Source: an uncultured Planctomycetales bacterium (GTDB lineage: Bacteria; Omnitrophota; Gorgyraeia; Zapsychrales; Fredricksoniimonadaceae). Taken from it: 64,000 nt of DNA. The notes beneath the pieces were generated by a model, which searched no databases, had not been told where the DNA came from, and saw only the letters and a list, made by a program, of their open reading frames with translations. Shown here in pieces: positions 29,101 to 37,130 of this stretch (position 1 is the first letter of the stretch; the number at the start of each line of letters is the position of its first letter). The DNA is taken from contig CAZFNI010000004.1 of NCBI GenBank assembly GCA_964520655.1, positions 25,628 through 89,627 of the forward strand, in the 5' to 3' direction. A program made the translations under genes and the position numbers.

Positions 29101-32100
29101 GTTGGAAAGGTTGCATAGTAATTTAGGGAACACTGCGGTGGATTTAAAGGCGGAGCTTGTTGAATTGATGAAAGATGTTTATGGATCCATTGATCCTGCT
29201 CAGAAGGCATCAGAAGATGAAAGGCAGGCCTATGTAACAATGTTTAAGGATAAACTATTTGGAAGCAAGAACGGGTTTAACATTACGCTCAAGGGTGGAC
29301 AACGGCTTCCTGTTGTCCTTACTCAATCACAACAACATTTTGTCAGCCATGATCCATATGCGCTGGATATTGTATTGTCTCCTGAGTTTGAAGATAAGGG
29401 CGTATTAGAACAATCATTTCCTGGTTTGGCCTTTTTATATGATTTTACACCGAAAGATGATTTCGCTCCGCCGCAGGGATCCATCGGTCAGGTGGGGGTT
29501 AATATGATCTTCCCTCGAGTGACAATGAAGGAACTATTGGCTCTTGCTAAGGATCCGGACGCTTTTTATGAGTTCAGGATGAATCTTCCCAGCCGGATAT
29601 CCTATGGGGCGATCTATAAGGGGGAACTGGATCTTGATGAGCATCAAGCGAGAATGAAAGAATTTTTTCAGGAGAATTATGAAAAGGTCAGGGAATTATT
29701 TGACAAAATGTATCATCAATCCCCGATCTTGGTGATCACCTATAATCAAGCCAGTGGCGCTCTAAGAAGTTCTTCGAAAAATGGGCGCATGTTTCCAGAA
29801 TGGATTGAGGCCGTGCATCGCCATATATTGGAAGCAGCCTCGTCAATGGGGATTAAGGATATCTATGCCATTCCCTCTGATTTGGCGGCGTTTTTGTATC
29901 CTGGGTTGAAGAATGAAGATGCGCTGCGTTTAATGTATGACCGTCCGTATCAGAGTAAGCCGTATTGGAGGCAGGAGTATGTAAAAGATGATCAGCTGTT
30001 TGGTCAGATCAAAATGGAATATAGGTTAAGCGGTTCATACTTTTGGAAATATCATGCCAATTCCGGTGAAGATCATGCTCAAATATCTGACCCGACGTTG
30101 TTGCTAAACACTAATCAAAAGATATTCAAAAACGGTGTCCGTTTAGTTGAATATCCAAGTAGCGATGATGTGACCTACTATGCCGCGCGCCGCATGGCGG
30201 ATGTTCTGATCACCAATAATGCATTAAAGCGCCAGACGCGGATGATAACACCTACCGGTGGAACATATGAACCGGTGTATGCAGCGTTTGTCCGGATCGT
30301 TAAGGAAGAGGGGATTGATTGTTCGAATTTGATCACATATAACATGGATGAATATTATGTGGGACAAGATGGTGCCAAAGGCCGTTGGGATCAGCATCCG
30401 CAAAGTTACCGTCAGTTCATGGAAAAACATTTATACGCTCCGCTGCGGGAGATCGGATCAGGATGGAATAATGACAATGGGCATGTCTTAAACGGCAATG
30501 CCGTGGACATCGATGCAGAGGTGAGGGCTTATGAGCAGGCGGTGCGTGAGGGAGGGATCGATATCGCTTTTGGCGGCATCGGACGTGATGGGCACATTGC
30601 CTTTAATGAACCGATCATTACTGTTAGTGCGTTTGGTTCCATTGAAGTTGAGAAAGCCAGGGACTTTAATGAGTTTTTATTAGACATCCCTCCGGAGAAA
30701 CAATTAGATCTGTTGGAGGAGGTTTTAACAAAACATTGGGCCGCTCGGCGCTCATCTGTTTTTGCAGAGTATTTAAGAATGAATCTAGTTGTCCCTTATT
30801 TCCCCGCAACGTTGCCGGATGATCTAGCTGCATTTATGGAAAAATTGTTGCGTCAGCCGGTCGTGATCTATTTTAAACATTTAGATGATGATTTTAAAAA
30901 GGTTTTGGAAAAACGTGCCGCTAACTTAGCATCCATGATGGGGGGAGGCTCTGTTACTGTTAAGGAATTAAAAGATCCGGCGGATATGCCGACCCGGGTT
31001 GTTCACCTGGCATTGCCGACATTGTTTGATAACAGCCGTTTTCTTAAAGAGGACATCAAGAACATGCGTGATATCCCGTTGTCCGCATTAACAGTCGGCC
31101 CAGGAACGTTGCGTCATGCTAAAGAAATCGTTGTTGCAGCAACCGGAGCGAAAAAAGCAGAGGCTGTCACCGATGCAGCGTTAAATAAACCAACTCCTGA
31201 TGTTTCGGCGTCCCTGCTTCAAGGGCATCAGAACCTCACGTTTGTTTTTGATACATCTGTAGCAGAGAGCTCAAGGCCGTTGCAACAGGCGTACGCAAAA
31301 GAGGCGAAGATCCTTGATGATCAGCGGTCTCTTCCTCCTTCAGCAGATGCTGCTATGAGGGCGGAGGGTATTTCAGCCAGAGAGAGAGCTGACAAGGCTT
31401 TATATCAAGCCTTGGAGGGAGCTTTGTTCGAATCAGCGAATATGGAACTTCAAGTCAAGGGGTTTGGCAGGGTGCCGCTGAGATTTTCTAAGGCAAGGTT
31501 CCACATGCCAGGGCCATTATTTGCCGATGAGTATCCGTTGGATGTGGTGGTTAGTCCAAAAGAACCGTACACTCAAGAAAAAGTACGTAAGGAAATACTC
31601 CCTCCAATGGATTTTCTTTTTGATGGAAAAGACCCAGGGGCATTTTATCCTCCCAAAGGTTCTTTTGGTCAGATAGGCATTAGTTTGGTGTCTCTGGATC
31701 ATTCGACCGCCTTATTGATCAACTACAATCAGGCAAGCAACGGGTTAAGATCATCTGGCAAGGACGGCCGTCCATTCATTGGTTGGGTTGAAGCGGCCCA
31801 TGAACGTATCATTGAAGCTGCGCGCTCTGTTGGGATACAGCAGATCTATGCGTTGCCAAGCAAGGCGGCCGGTAAGCTCTATTATGGACTTGAGAGCGCT
31901 GATGCTGTTAATCTGGCCTATGAAAAACCTTATCAGAATAAAGAACACTGGAAGGAAGTTGTTGTTGATGAGGAGTTAGCCAGAAAGATCAAGGTTGGAT
32001 TTAATGATCATGAACAGCCGTTCTTATGGAAATATGATCTCGGAACATTAAAAGAAACCCCAGAACTTATAAATGAAGAAGGAGTATCAGCGGATTGGCT

Positions 32101-34462
32101 TCGTGGGATGTTTGAACTTGACTCAGAGGGAAGAATGTCTTTTGCGTCAGGCTTTAACGGTTTGCCGTTATTGTTTGACTTATATTATGTCCGACATGGG
32201 CAGACAAAAGGCAATCTTGAGGGGATCTTACAGGGGCAGCAGGAAACAGCCAACAGTCAGTTGACGGACGAAGGTATTTCACAGGCCAAACAAGCAGCGG
32301 TAAAACTGTTTGATCAATTGGGGCTGGCAAAGTCAAAACCTTCCCGCTCATTGGTCATTGTGACTAGCCAACTTAACCGGACCAAAGAAACGGCGGATTT
32401 CTTTGTCCAGATGCTTAAGGATCATGGTGTTCCATTTGAGATCGTCGATGATCAGTTACAGCGATTGATCAATGAATTAAATGTTGGCGCGATGGGCAAT
32501 AAGAAAGAGTTGATGCCGCAGGAGCAGGATCTATTGAAGCGATACATGGCAGCCAATGCGAAGGAAAAATTCCCTCGAGGGGAAAGTTTTGTAGATCTGA
32601 TCCTTCGCGCAAGGCAATGGCTGTTGAAAATGAATGAACAGTATCAAGGTCGCACGGTCGTTGTGTTTGGTCACGGTAATCAAAGCGGCGCACTGCGGGC
32701 TTTATTGGGCGACCGGACAATCCTTAATGGAGAGGGAAGCGTCGACTGGATCAATAATAAACTTCCTAATGCATTGCCGGTGCAGTTAAGTTCCGGATTT
32801 AAGGCTGATGCGGCAATGCGTGCGGAAGATATTTTTGATTTCGAGAAAGATGAATTGAAAGTGGTTGTGTTAGAACGGAAATTACAGGAAGTGATGTTGA
32901 AGGTCAACAATGGAGGAAGGGCGATCATTGTCGGTGGGACAAGATATTTTAATAGCGGACAACGTAAAGATGTCGATGTTTTGTTAAAAGGGATGGATAT
33001 GTTCAGTCAAGGCGGCAGCTTTGTGGCCGCCTTAAAAGAAATGCTGCTTGCCTATGAGGGTGTGCGTATTGATGATGTGATCGATCTAAGAAAGCGCAGG
33101 GTGATTATAAAATTCACTCTTCTTGGGGAGAATCATCAGAGTCGTTCATTATCTATTGATCTGATCGGATTCTTCGATGGAGATGATGCTGCGTTGGTCA
33201 GAAGGCTTAAAGAAGTCGCGGTGAATGGTTTTCGCATGCATATCTCTAACGCGGAGTATGAGGATAAGTTTAATGAGCTGGCAGTAAAAGATTATTTTGA
33301 GGTTGAGTATTACTTAGGCGACCGCACGGTTTATGAGCAAATGCTTGGCAAGTTCAAAGATCCCGTAACAATAGGAGAATTTTATAAACCGGATGGTCTG
33401 ATGGCCAACAGGATGATGGAGCTAAGGTCTAAAGTGCAGGGTCTGACTGATCAACAGATCGCTGAGGCAGTCGATGCGAAATTGGCTGTCTCCGCTGACA
33501 TGGCCCAGCGTGTAGGAGAACCACTGGCGCCTTTCAAGGGATTTAATTTATCGTCACAGCAAATGAGCCGCTTGGCGGATTTTTTAGGTGTTCCTCAGGA
33601 TGTTCTAGAAAACGAGAATTTAGTGCCTCAGCATCCGGAAAGGCCGTCATTAACCTCGCGACAGACTTTTAAATATACCTATTTAGGGAAGGAGTTTTAT
33701 GTAAAGTCTGGTCCGGATTACGAAACATTATTGGAAGAAGCAAAAACAGCCAACGTTGTCCATAATAGCGGTTTGTCAACTCAGGCAGCGGTCGTTGGGA
33801 ATAATATGCTGTTGCTCCCAGAAGAACTGCGCGATAAATATGCGGATCCAGCGATCGCTAGAACTAAGGGATTTATGCTTGTAACAAAAGGAGCCCAGGG
33901 AGAAAGCTGGTTCTCGATATTAAAAAAAGGGAATAAGATCACTTATCAGATGGTCGTGGATTTGGCAAGAGCCATGGGAAGGCTTCATGCCCAAGGATTA
34001 GCGCATAATGATCTATACAGTCAAACAGAAGGTTTTAAAACGGAACATATCTTCCAAACAAGTCAAGGTGTTGAGTTTATTGATTTTGGATTGACTTCGA
34101 GGCTTTGGCCTCAAATCTTTCATGAATCAGAAAAAAAAGCTGTTTGGCAGGCATTAAGCCGTATGGTTGATGCACAAACAGGCGGCGAGACATTAAAAAA
34201 AGTCTTTGATGACGCCTATCTTCAAGGATTTCAAGATAGTGAGCGTAGGCCTGTTTCTGGAGATGCGGCCATGGCAAAAGGCGGGATTGATCTTAATGCA
34301 GGGAAATTGGACCTTCAAACCCGCCATGAGGGGAAGGGATTGGAGTTTAAGACTGATCCGGCCTTGCTGAAAAGGCTTCAAAATGCCTCTGGATTTACCC
34401 CTGTGATCATCAATATCCGCCCCTTAGGGGATTTGAACGTCTTTCTAGGTGTCAGCGGTTAA
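26159..34462 (+). CDS. Giant secreted multi-domain protein, paralog 2 (2767 aa): conserved N-domain, CapD-like dehydratase, NagB-like, His-phosphatase, kinase-like, conserved C-module
   Basis: GTG start. Signal peptide 'MKPLQHRLISFLAAIAFAATLIVPIPSRA'. The N-domain is shared with 3506 and 46538. 'KGKTILITGGGGSIGSALAFEIL'+'TKRLAEY' indicate a CapD/WbpM-type NAD Rossmann domain. 'ITPTGGTYEP...NMDEYYVG...GGIGRDGHIAFNEP' indicates NagB. 'LYYVRHGQTKGN' with a downstream 'VVFGHGN' indicates a histidine phosphatase. 'LAHNDL...IDFGL' indicates a protein-kinase-like domain. The C-module reads 'GGIDLNAGKLDLQTRHEG...DLNVFLGVSG'. Confidence 0.8.
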   Translation: MKPLQHRLISFLAAIAFAATLIVPIPSRAELLLPAPGTLVTLSPAADLPILKGIKVHADNPLKFEFILDNGRETGEVALKEQSSKLIKYFLASLTTPEQEMWVNLSPYEKDRIVPDSFGQTEMGRDLLAQDYLLKQITASLVYPEGDIGKQFWKRVYELSGNKNVPVNTFNKVWIVPDKAVVYENAKNGTAYVVESSLKVLTEQDYLAQDKNAAGGAQAVRFARSLRGTMALSSATPRGDGLSEDETNSWATGPAHAIRDLVIPQLTKEVNEGKNFAQLRQVYNSLILATWYKKKIKDSILSQVYADKNKVDGITIDDPKEKERIYAQYLEAFKKGAYNYIKEERDPLSGQVLPRKYFSGGVKFGDLAMTTSAKPPQQNVHQIASVVEVRIDQLGAGLDNAMTAASLQGERKDPLVLKGKIVERDTFNHISSMVRSSREATPRVWEISDFEKVLSHPLQLKQFVDLPLSVAAEVMIVYTDDGRWLFCAAGVEPGVSLDPFKELIDQKKIVFHMHSHPYIHENRTFGGNTSEYPSLVDLEFFEYYGGISGHLSREGLTITRMPPTRLSGDKRGGTDFHYEFKRWVWKEYPWLDSPLGLGKESKKAYKDYLRSMDVDINIVPWDEGALRSALSGAINQAMMTKARILQDPLQPARDRRIPLDKEALKPLLKGKTILITGGGGSIGSALAFEILKEFGDDIEKIVLFGQGSENLAKVVAQIKGMERSAQKVIVVTGDVSRLDQIEPVFKEYSPQIVYHLAAETSPVITQADPSRAIAVNVFGTHNMVALADRYSTEHFIYTSSSKATNVLPDSVLGQTKRLAEYQVQLKARNSRTQFGIVRFVHTLDTRASLVMKIFQDKIDRHEPLPVMREAATYFQNTHEAVNLALNVLLLSRKGEIFALSDVGRPVKIEDIARYLLSQNGKGDEQIKFIPLREGEVVPVFQHEDAGRAVIAAQEYKGVLVENKAIAEGVPLAIDGAVLSEGLERLHSNLGNTAVDLKAELVELMKDVYGSIDPAQKASEDERQAYVTMFKDKLFGSKNGFNITLKGGQRLPVVLTQSQQHFVSHDPYALDIVLSPEFEDKGVLEQSFPGLAFLYDFTPKDDFAPPQGSIGQVGVNMIFPRVTMKELLALAKDPDAFYEFRMNLPSRISYGAIYKGELDLDEHQARMKEFFQENYEKVRELFDKMYHQSPILVITYNQASGALRSSSKNGRMFPEWIEAVHRHILEAASSMGIKDIYAIPSDLAAFLYPGLKNEDALRLMYDRPYQSKPYWRQEYVKDDQLFGQIKMEYRLSGSYFWKYHANSGEDHAQISDPTLLLNTNQKIFKNGVRLVEYPSSDDVTYYAARRMADVLITNNALKRQTRMITPTGGTYEPVYAAFVRIVKEEGIDCSNLITYNMDEYYVGQDGAKGRWDQHPQSYRQFMEKHLYAPLREIGSGWNNDNGHVLNGNAVDIDAEVRAYEQAVREGGIDIAFGGIGRDGHIAFNEPIITVSAFGSIEVEKARDFNEFLLDIPPEKQLDLLEEVLTKHWAARRSSVFAEYLRMNLVVPYFPATLPDDLAAFMEKLLRQPVVIYFKHLDDDFKKVLEKRAANLASMMGGGSVTVKELKDPADMPTRVVHLALPTLFDNSRFLKEDIKNMRDIPLSALTVGPGTLRHAKEIVVAATGAKKAEAVTDAALNKPTPDVSASLLQGHQNLTFVFDTSVAESSRPLQQAYAKEAKILDDQRSLPPSADAAMRAEGISARERADKALYQALEGALFESANMELQVKGFGRVPLRFSKARFHMPGPLFADEYPLDVVVSPKEPYTQEKVRKEILPPMDFLFDGKDPGAFYPPKGSFGQIGISLVSLDHSTALLINYNQASNGLRSSGKDGRPFIGWVEAAHERIIEAARSVGIQQIYALPSKAAGKLYYGLESADAVNLAYEKPYQNKEHWKEVVVDEELARKIKVGFNDHEQPFLWKYDLGTLKETPELINEEGVSADWLRGMFELDSEGRMSFASGFNGLPLLFDLYYVRHGQTKGNLEGILQGQQETANSQLTDEGISQAKQAAVKLFDQLGLAKSKPSRSLVIVTSQLNRTKETADFFVQMLKDHGVPFEIVDDQLQRLINELNVGAMGNKKELMPQEQDLLKRYMAANAKEKFPRGESFVDLILRARQWLLKMNEQYQGRTVVVFGHGNQSGALRALLGDRTILNGEGSVDWINNKLPNALPVQLSSGFKADAAMRAEDIFDFEKDELKVVVLERKLQEVMLKVNNGGRAIIVGGTRYFNSGQRKDVDVLLKGMDMFSQGGSFVAALKEMLLAYEGVRIDDVIDLRKRRVIIKFTLLGENHQSRSLSIDLIGFFDGDDAALVRRLKEVAVNGFRMHISNAEYEDKFNELAVKDYFEVEYYLGDRTVYEQMLGKFKDPVTIGEFYKPDGLMANRMMELRSKVQGLTDQQIAEAVDAKLAVSADMAQRVGEPLAPFKGFNLSSQQMSRLADFLGVPQDVLENENLVPQHPERPSLTSRQTFKYTYLGKEFYVKSGPDYETLLEEAKTANVVHNSGLSTQAAVVGNNMLLLPEELRDKYADPAIARTKGFMLVTKGAQGESWFSILKKGNKITYQMVVDLARAMGRLHAQGLAHNDLYSQTEGFKTEHIFQTSQGVEFIDFGLTSRLWPQIFHESEKKAVWQALSRMVDAQTGGETLKKVFDDAYLQGFQDSERRPVSGDAAMAKGGIDLNAGKLDLQTRHEGKGLEFKTDPALLKRLQNASGFTPVIINIRPLGDLNVFLGVSG

Positions 34463-34514
34463 GTATTTTTTTCTGCCCCAAATTTCTTCCTTTGTGTTAC
34501 AATAACGCCTTCCT

Positions 34515-35534
34515 ATGAATAAATACCATACTATTATAAATAAATTCAAAGGCAAGCGTCTGCTTGTCATCGGCGACTTGGTGCTGGATCAGTATATTAA
34601 GGGTTCGGTCAGCCGGATTTCGCCGGAAGCCCCTGTCCCTATTGTGGTTCAGGAAGATTCGTTCTTTACGCCTGGCGGGGCGGCCAATGTGGCCAATAAC
34701 TTAAGCAGTTTGGGTGCGGATGTGACCTTGGTGGGCAAGGTGGGAGATGATATTGAAGGAGCGGTCTTAAAGAAGGAATTGACTCGCCGCCATATCCACA
34801 CCAATGGTGTTTTTATTGATCCAGACATGGAAACCATTTTCAAGACCCGCATCATTGCCCAGCAGCAGCAAGTGGTGCGCGTGGACCGGGAAACACTGGG
34901 TCTTTCCAACGACAAGATGTTTGCCGGGCATATTTTGCCGTTCTTGCAGAAACATTTTACCAGTTACGACGCCGTGATCGTTTCGGATTACGGTTAAGTG
35001 ATCGTGGATATTAAGCTGATGGCTTCCATCCATGACATGGCGCTTAAACATAAGATTCCCGTCGTAGTTGATCCTAAATTCGAAGATCTGCGGGCTTACG
35101 GTGTGGTTAGCAGCATCACCCCTAACAAGAAAGAAGCAGAAGCGGCATTGAAGGCGATCACTGACAGCGCCCGAAAAGCCTTTGGTATCATTTCGGTCAA
35201 GCTCGATAGAAAAGAAGATATTGAAAAGAATGGTCAGGGCTTACTTGCTTATTTAGGGATTGATTCGCTGCTAATTACTTTGGGCGAGCAGGGGATGTAT
35301 TTATTTGAGCATAATCGCAAGCCGTTCCCTATTGCCACCCGCGCTCAGGAAGTTTTTGATGTCAGCGGTGCTGGGGATACGGTTATTTCGGTTTTTGCCT
35401 TGTGTTTGGCGGCCAAAGCCAATCGGCGCGCGGCGGCGGATATCGCCAATTACGCTGCCGGGGTTGTTGTTGGTAAGATGGGGGCTGTCGCGATCGAATT
35501 GGATGAGTTAAAGCGGGCGGTTAAAAAGGCATGA
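34515..35534 (+). pseudogene. hldA: D-glycero-beta-D-manno-heptose-7-phosphate kinase (RfaE domain I / HldA-like, ribokinase family) interrupted by an in-frame TAA at 34995-34997
   Basis: The two adjacent ORFs (34515..34997 and 34998..35534) are in the same frame and align end-to-end with one kinase: '...VSDYG*VIVD...' versus E. coli HldE domain I '...VLSDYAKGAL...' (recalled from memory, not checked). The second half carries the ribokinase-family motif 'DVSGAGDT'. A GTG codon immediately follows the stop. Confidence 0.55.
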
Positions 35535-36268
35535 GAACGATCGGCGTGATCCCCGCGCGCATGGCCTCGACGCGTTTTCCGGGGAAAGTACTGGCGAATT
35601 TAGGTGGCAAACCCATGATCCAGTGGGTTTGGGAAAAGGCTAAAAAATCCCAGTCGCTTGATGATGTGCTGATCGCTTGCGACCACGCGGATGTCCTTAA
35701 TGCGGCGAAAGCTTTTGGTGCCAAAGCGATCATGACCGACCCCGCGCATCCGTCGGGATCGGATAGGATCGCAGAGGCGGTTAGTAATGTTGCTTGCGAT
35801 ATCATCGTCAATATCCAGGGGGATGAGCCTTTTATCGATCCCAAGACGATCGATGCGTTGGCGGGATTGTTGAAGGGAGACCCAAGCACGCCGATGGGAA
35901 CGGTGATCAAAGTGATCGCCTCGCAAGAAGAATTCGAGAATCCCAATGTGGTCAAATGCGTGACCGATGAGAAAGGTTTCGCGTTATATTTTTCCCGCTC
36001 ACCGATCCCTTATCAGCGGGATGCGCACGCAAAGAAGGTCACGCGGTACAAGCATTTGGGGATATACGCGTACCGGAAAGATTTTTTATTACAGTATAAG
36101 GATTGGCCTAAAGGTTGTTTAGAAGGCATTGAACAATTGGAGCAGTTGCGTGTATTAGAACGCGGGTATCGGATCAAGACGGTGGTGACGGAATACGAGT
36201 CGATCGCCATCGATACACCCCAAGACTTGGAGAGAGCTTTATCATGGCTACAAAAACAGTCCAATTAA
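35531..36268 (+). CDS. kdsB: 3-deoxy-manno-octulosonate cytidylyltransferase (CMP-Kdo synthetase) (245 aa)
   Basis: 'IGVIPARMASTRFPGKVLA' N-terminal motif. 4-nt overlap with the upstream gene. Confidence 0.9.
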   Translation: MRTIGVIPARMASTRFPGKVLANLGGKPMIQWVWEKAKKSQSLDDVLIACDHADVLNAAKAFGAKAIMTDPAHPSGSDRIAEAVSNVACDIIVNIQGDEPFIDPKTIDALAGLLKGDPSTPMGTVIKVIASQEEFENPNVVKCVTDEKGFALYFSRSPIPYQRDAHAKKVTRYKHLGIYAYRKDFLLQYKDWPKGCLEGIEQLEQLRVLERGYRIKTVVTEYESIAIDTPQDLERALSWLQKQSN

Positions 36269-37074
36269 ATAAGCATGTGCATTTTGGCGGCAAACATCCT
36301 TTCGTGCTGATCGCCGGGCCTTGTGTGATCGAATCGCCGCAAAGTGCTTTTAAGATCGCTCAGACCTTAAAGGCGATCACCAAGAAATTGGGCGTGGCGT
36401 TCGTGTTTAAGGCAAGCTATGACAAAGCCAACCGCACCTCGATCCATTCGTACCGCGGGCCTGGGATCGTTGAGGGCTTGAAAGTGTTGTCGCACATTAA
36501 GAATACGTTAAATGTTCCTGTTCTTAGTGATGTGCACAGCGTCGAAGAAGCAACCTTGGCTGGGGAAGTGTTGGATGTCATCCAGATCCCGGCATTCTTG
36601 TGCCGTCAGACCGATCTGATCGTCGCGGCCGCTAAAACAGGCAGGATCGTTAACGTGAAAAAAGGACAGTTCCTGGCGCCGATGGATGTTAAAGGCATTA
36701 TTAAGAAGATGGAAGAGGCGGGCAGCAGGAAATTGCTGCTGACCGAGCGCGGTTCTAGTTTCGGTTACAATACACTGATCACAGATTTTAAGGGCATGTG
36801 CGCGATGCGGGAATTGGGTTATCCAGTTGTCTTTGATGCGACACACAGCGTCCAGAAGCCCGGCGGATTGGGACACGCGACCGCAGGGGAAAGTCAGTAT
36901 ATACCAGCATTGGCCAGGGCGGCGGTTGCGGTCGGCATCGACGGATTATTCATTGAAACTCATCCGAACCCGGCCAAGGCCTTGTCGGACGGGCCCAATA
37001 TGCTGCCCTTAAATAAGATTGAAGGATTGCTGAAGGATTTAATCGCTATTAACAGGATCGTACAACGGGGATAG
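36244..37074 (+). CDS. kdsA: 2-dehydro-3-deoxyphosphooctonate aldolase (Kdo8P synthase) (276 aa)
   Basis: 'FVLIAGPCVIES' together with DAHP/Kdo8P synthase family length. It lies in a kds operon. Confidence 0.9.
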   Translation: MATKTVQLNKHVHFGGKHPFVLIAGPCVIESPQSAFKIAQTLKAITKKLGVAFVFKASYDKANRTSIHSYRGPGIVEGLKVLSHIKNTLNVPVLSDVHSVEEATLAGEVLDVIQIPAFLCRQTDLIVAAAKTGRIVNVKKGQFLAPMDVKGIIKKMEEAGSRKLLLTERGSSFGYNTLITDFKGMCAMRELGYPVVFDATHSVQKPGGLGHATAGESQYIPALARAAVAVGIDGLFIETHPNPAKALSDGPNMLPLNKIEGLLKDLIAINRIVQRG

Positions 37075-37130
37075 GGCAAGTTTGTGAAGGGCGAACTTCC
37101 CCCGCGAACGTTGCTGGGTGAAAAGAAAAT

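Noticed and set aside
34995-34997. Possible TAA stop-codon reassignment
   Set aside because: Many genes in the window clearly terminate at TAA (e.g. G1 at 7001-7003, clpP at 41754-41756, purA at 46480-46482), each followed by a correctly spaced start. A local nonsense mutation or error is therefore far more likely.
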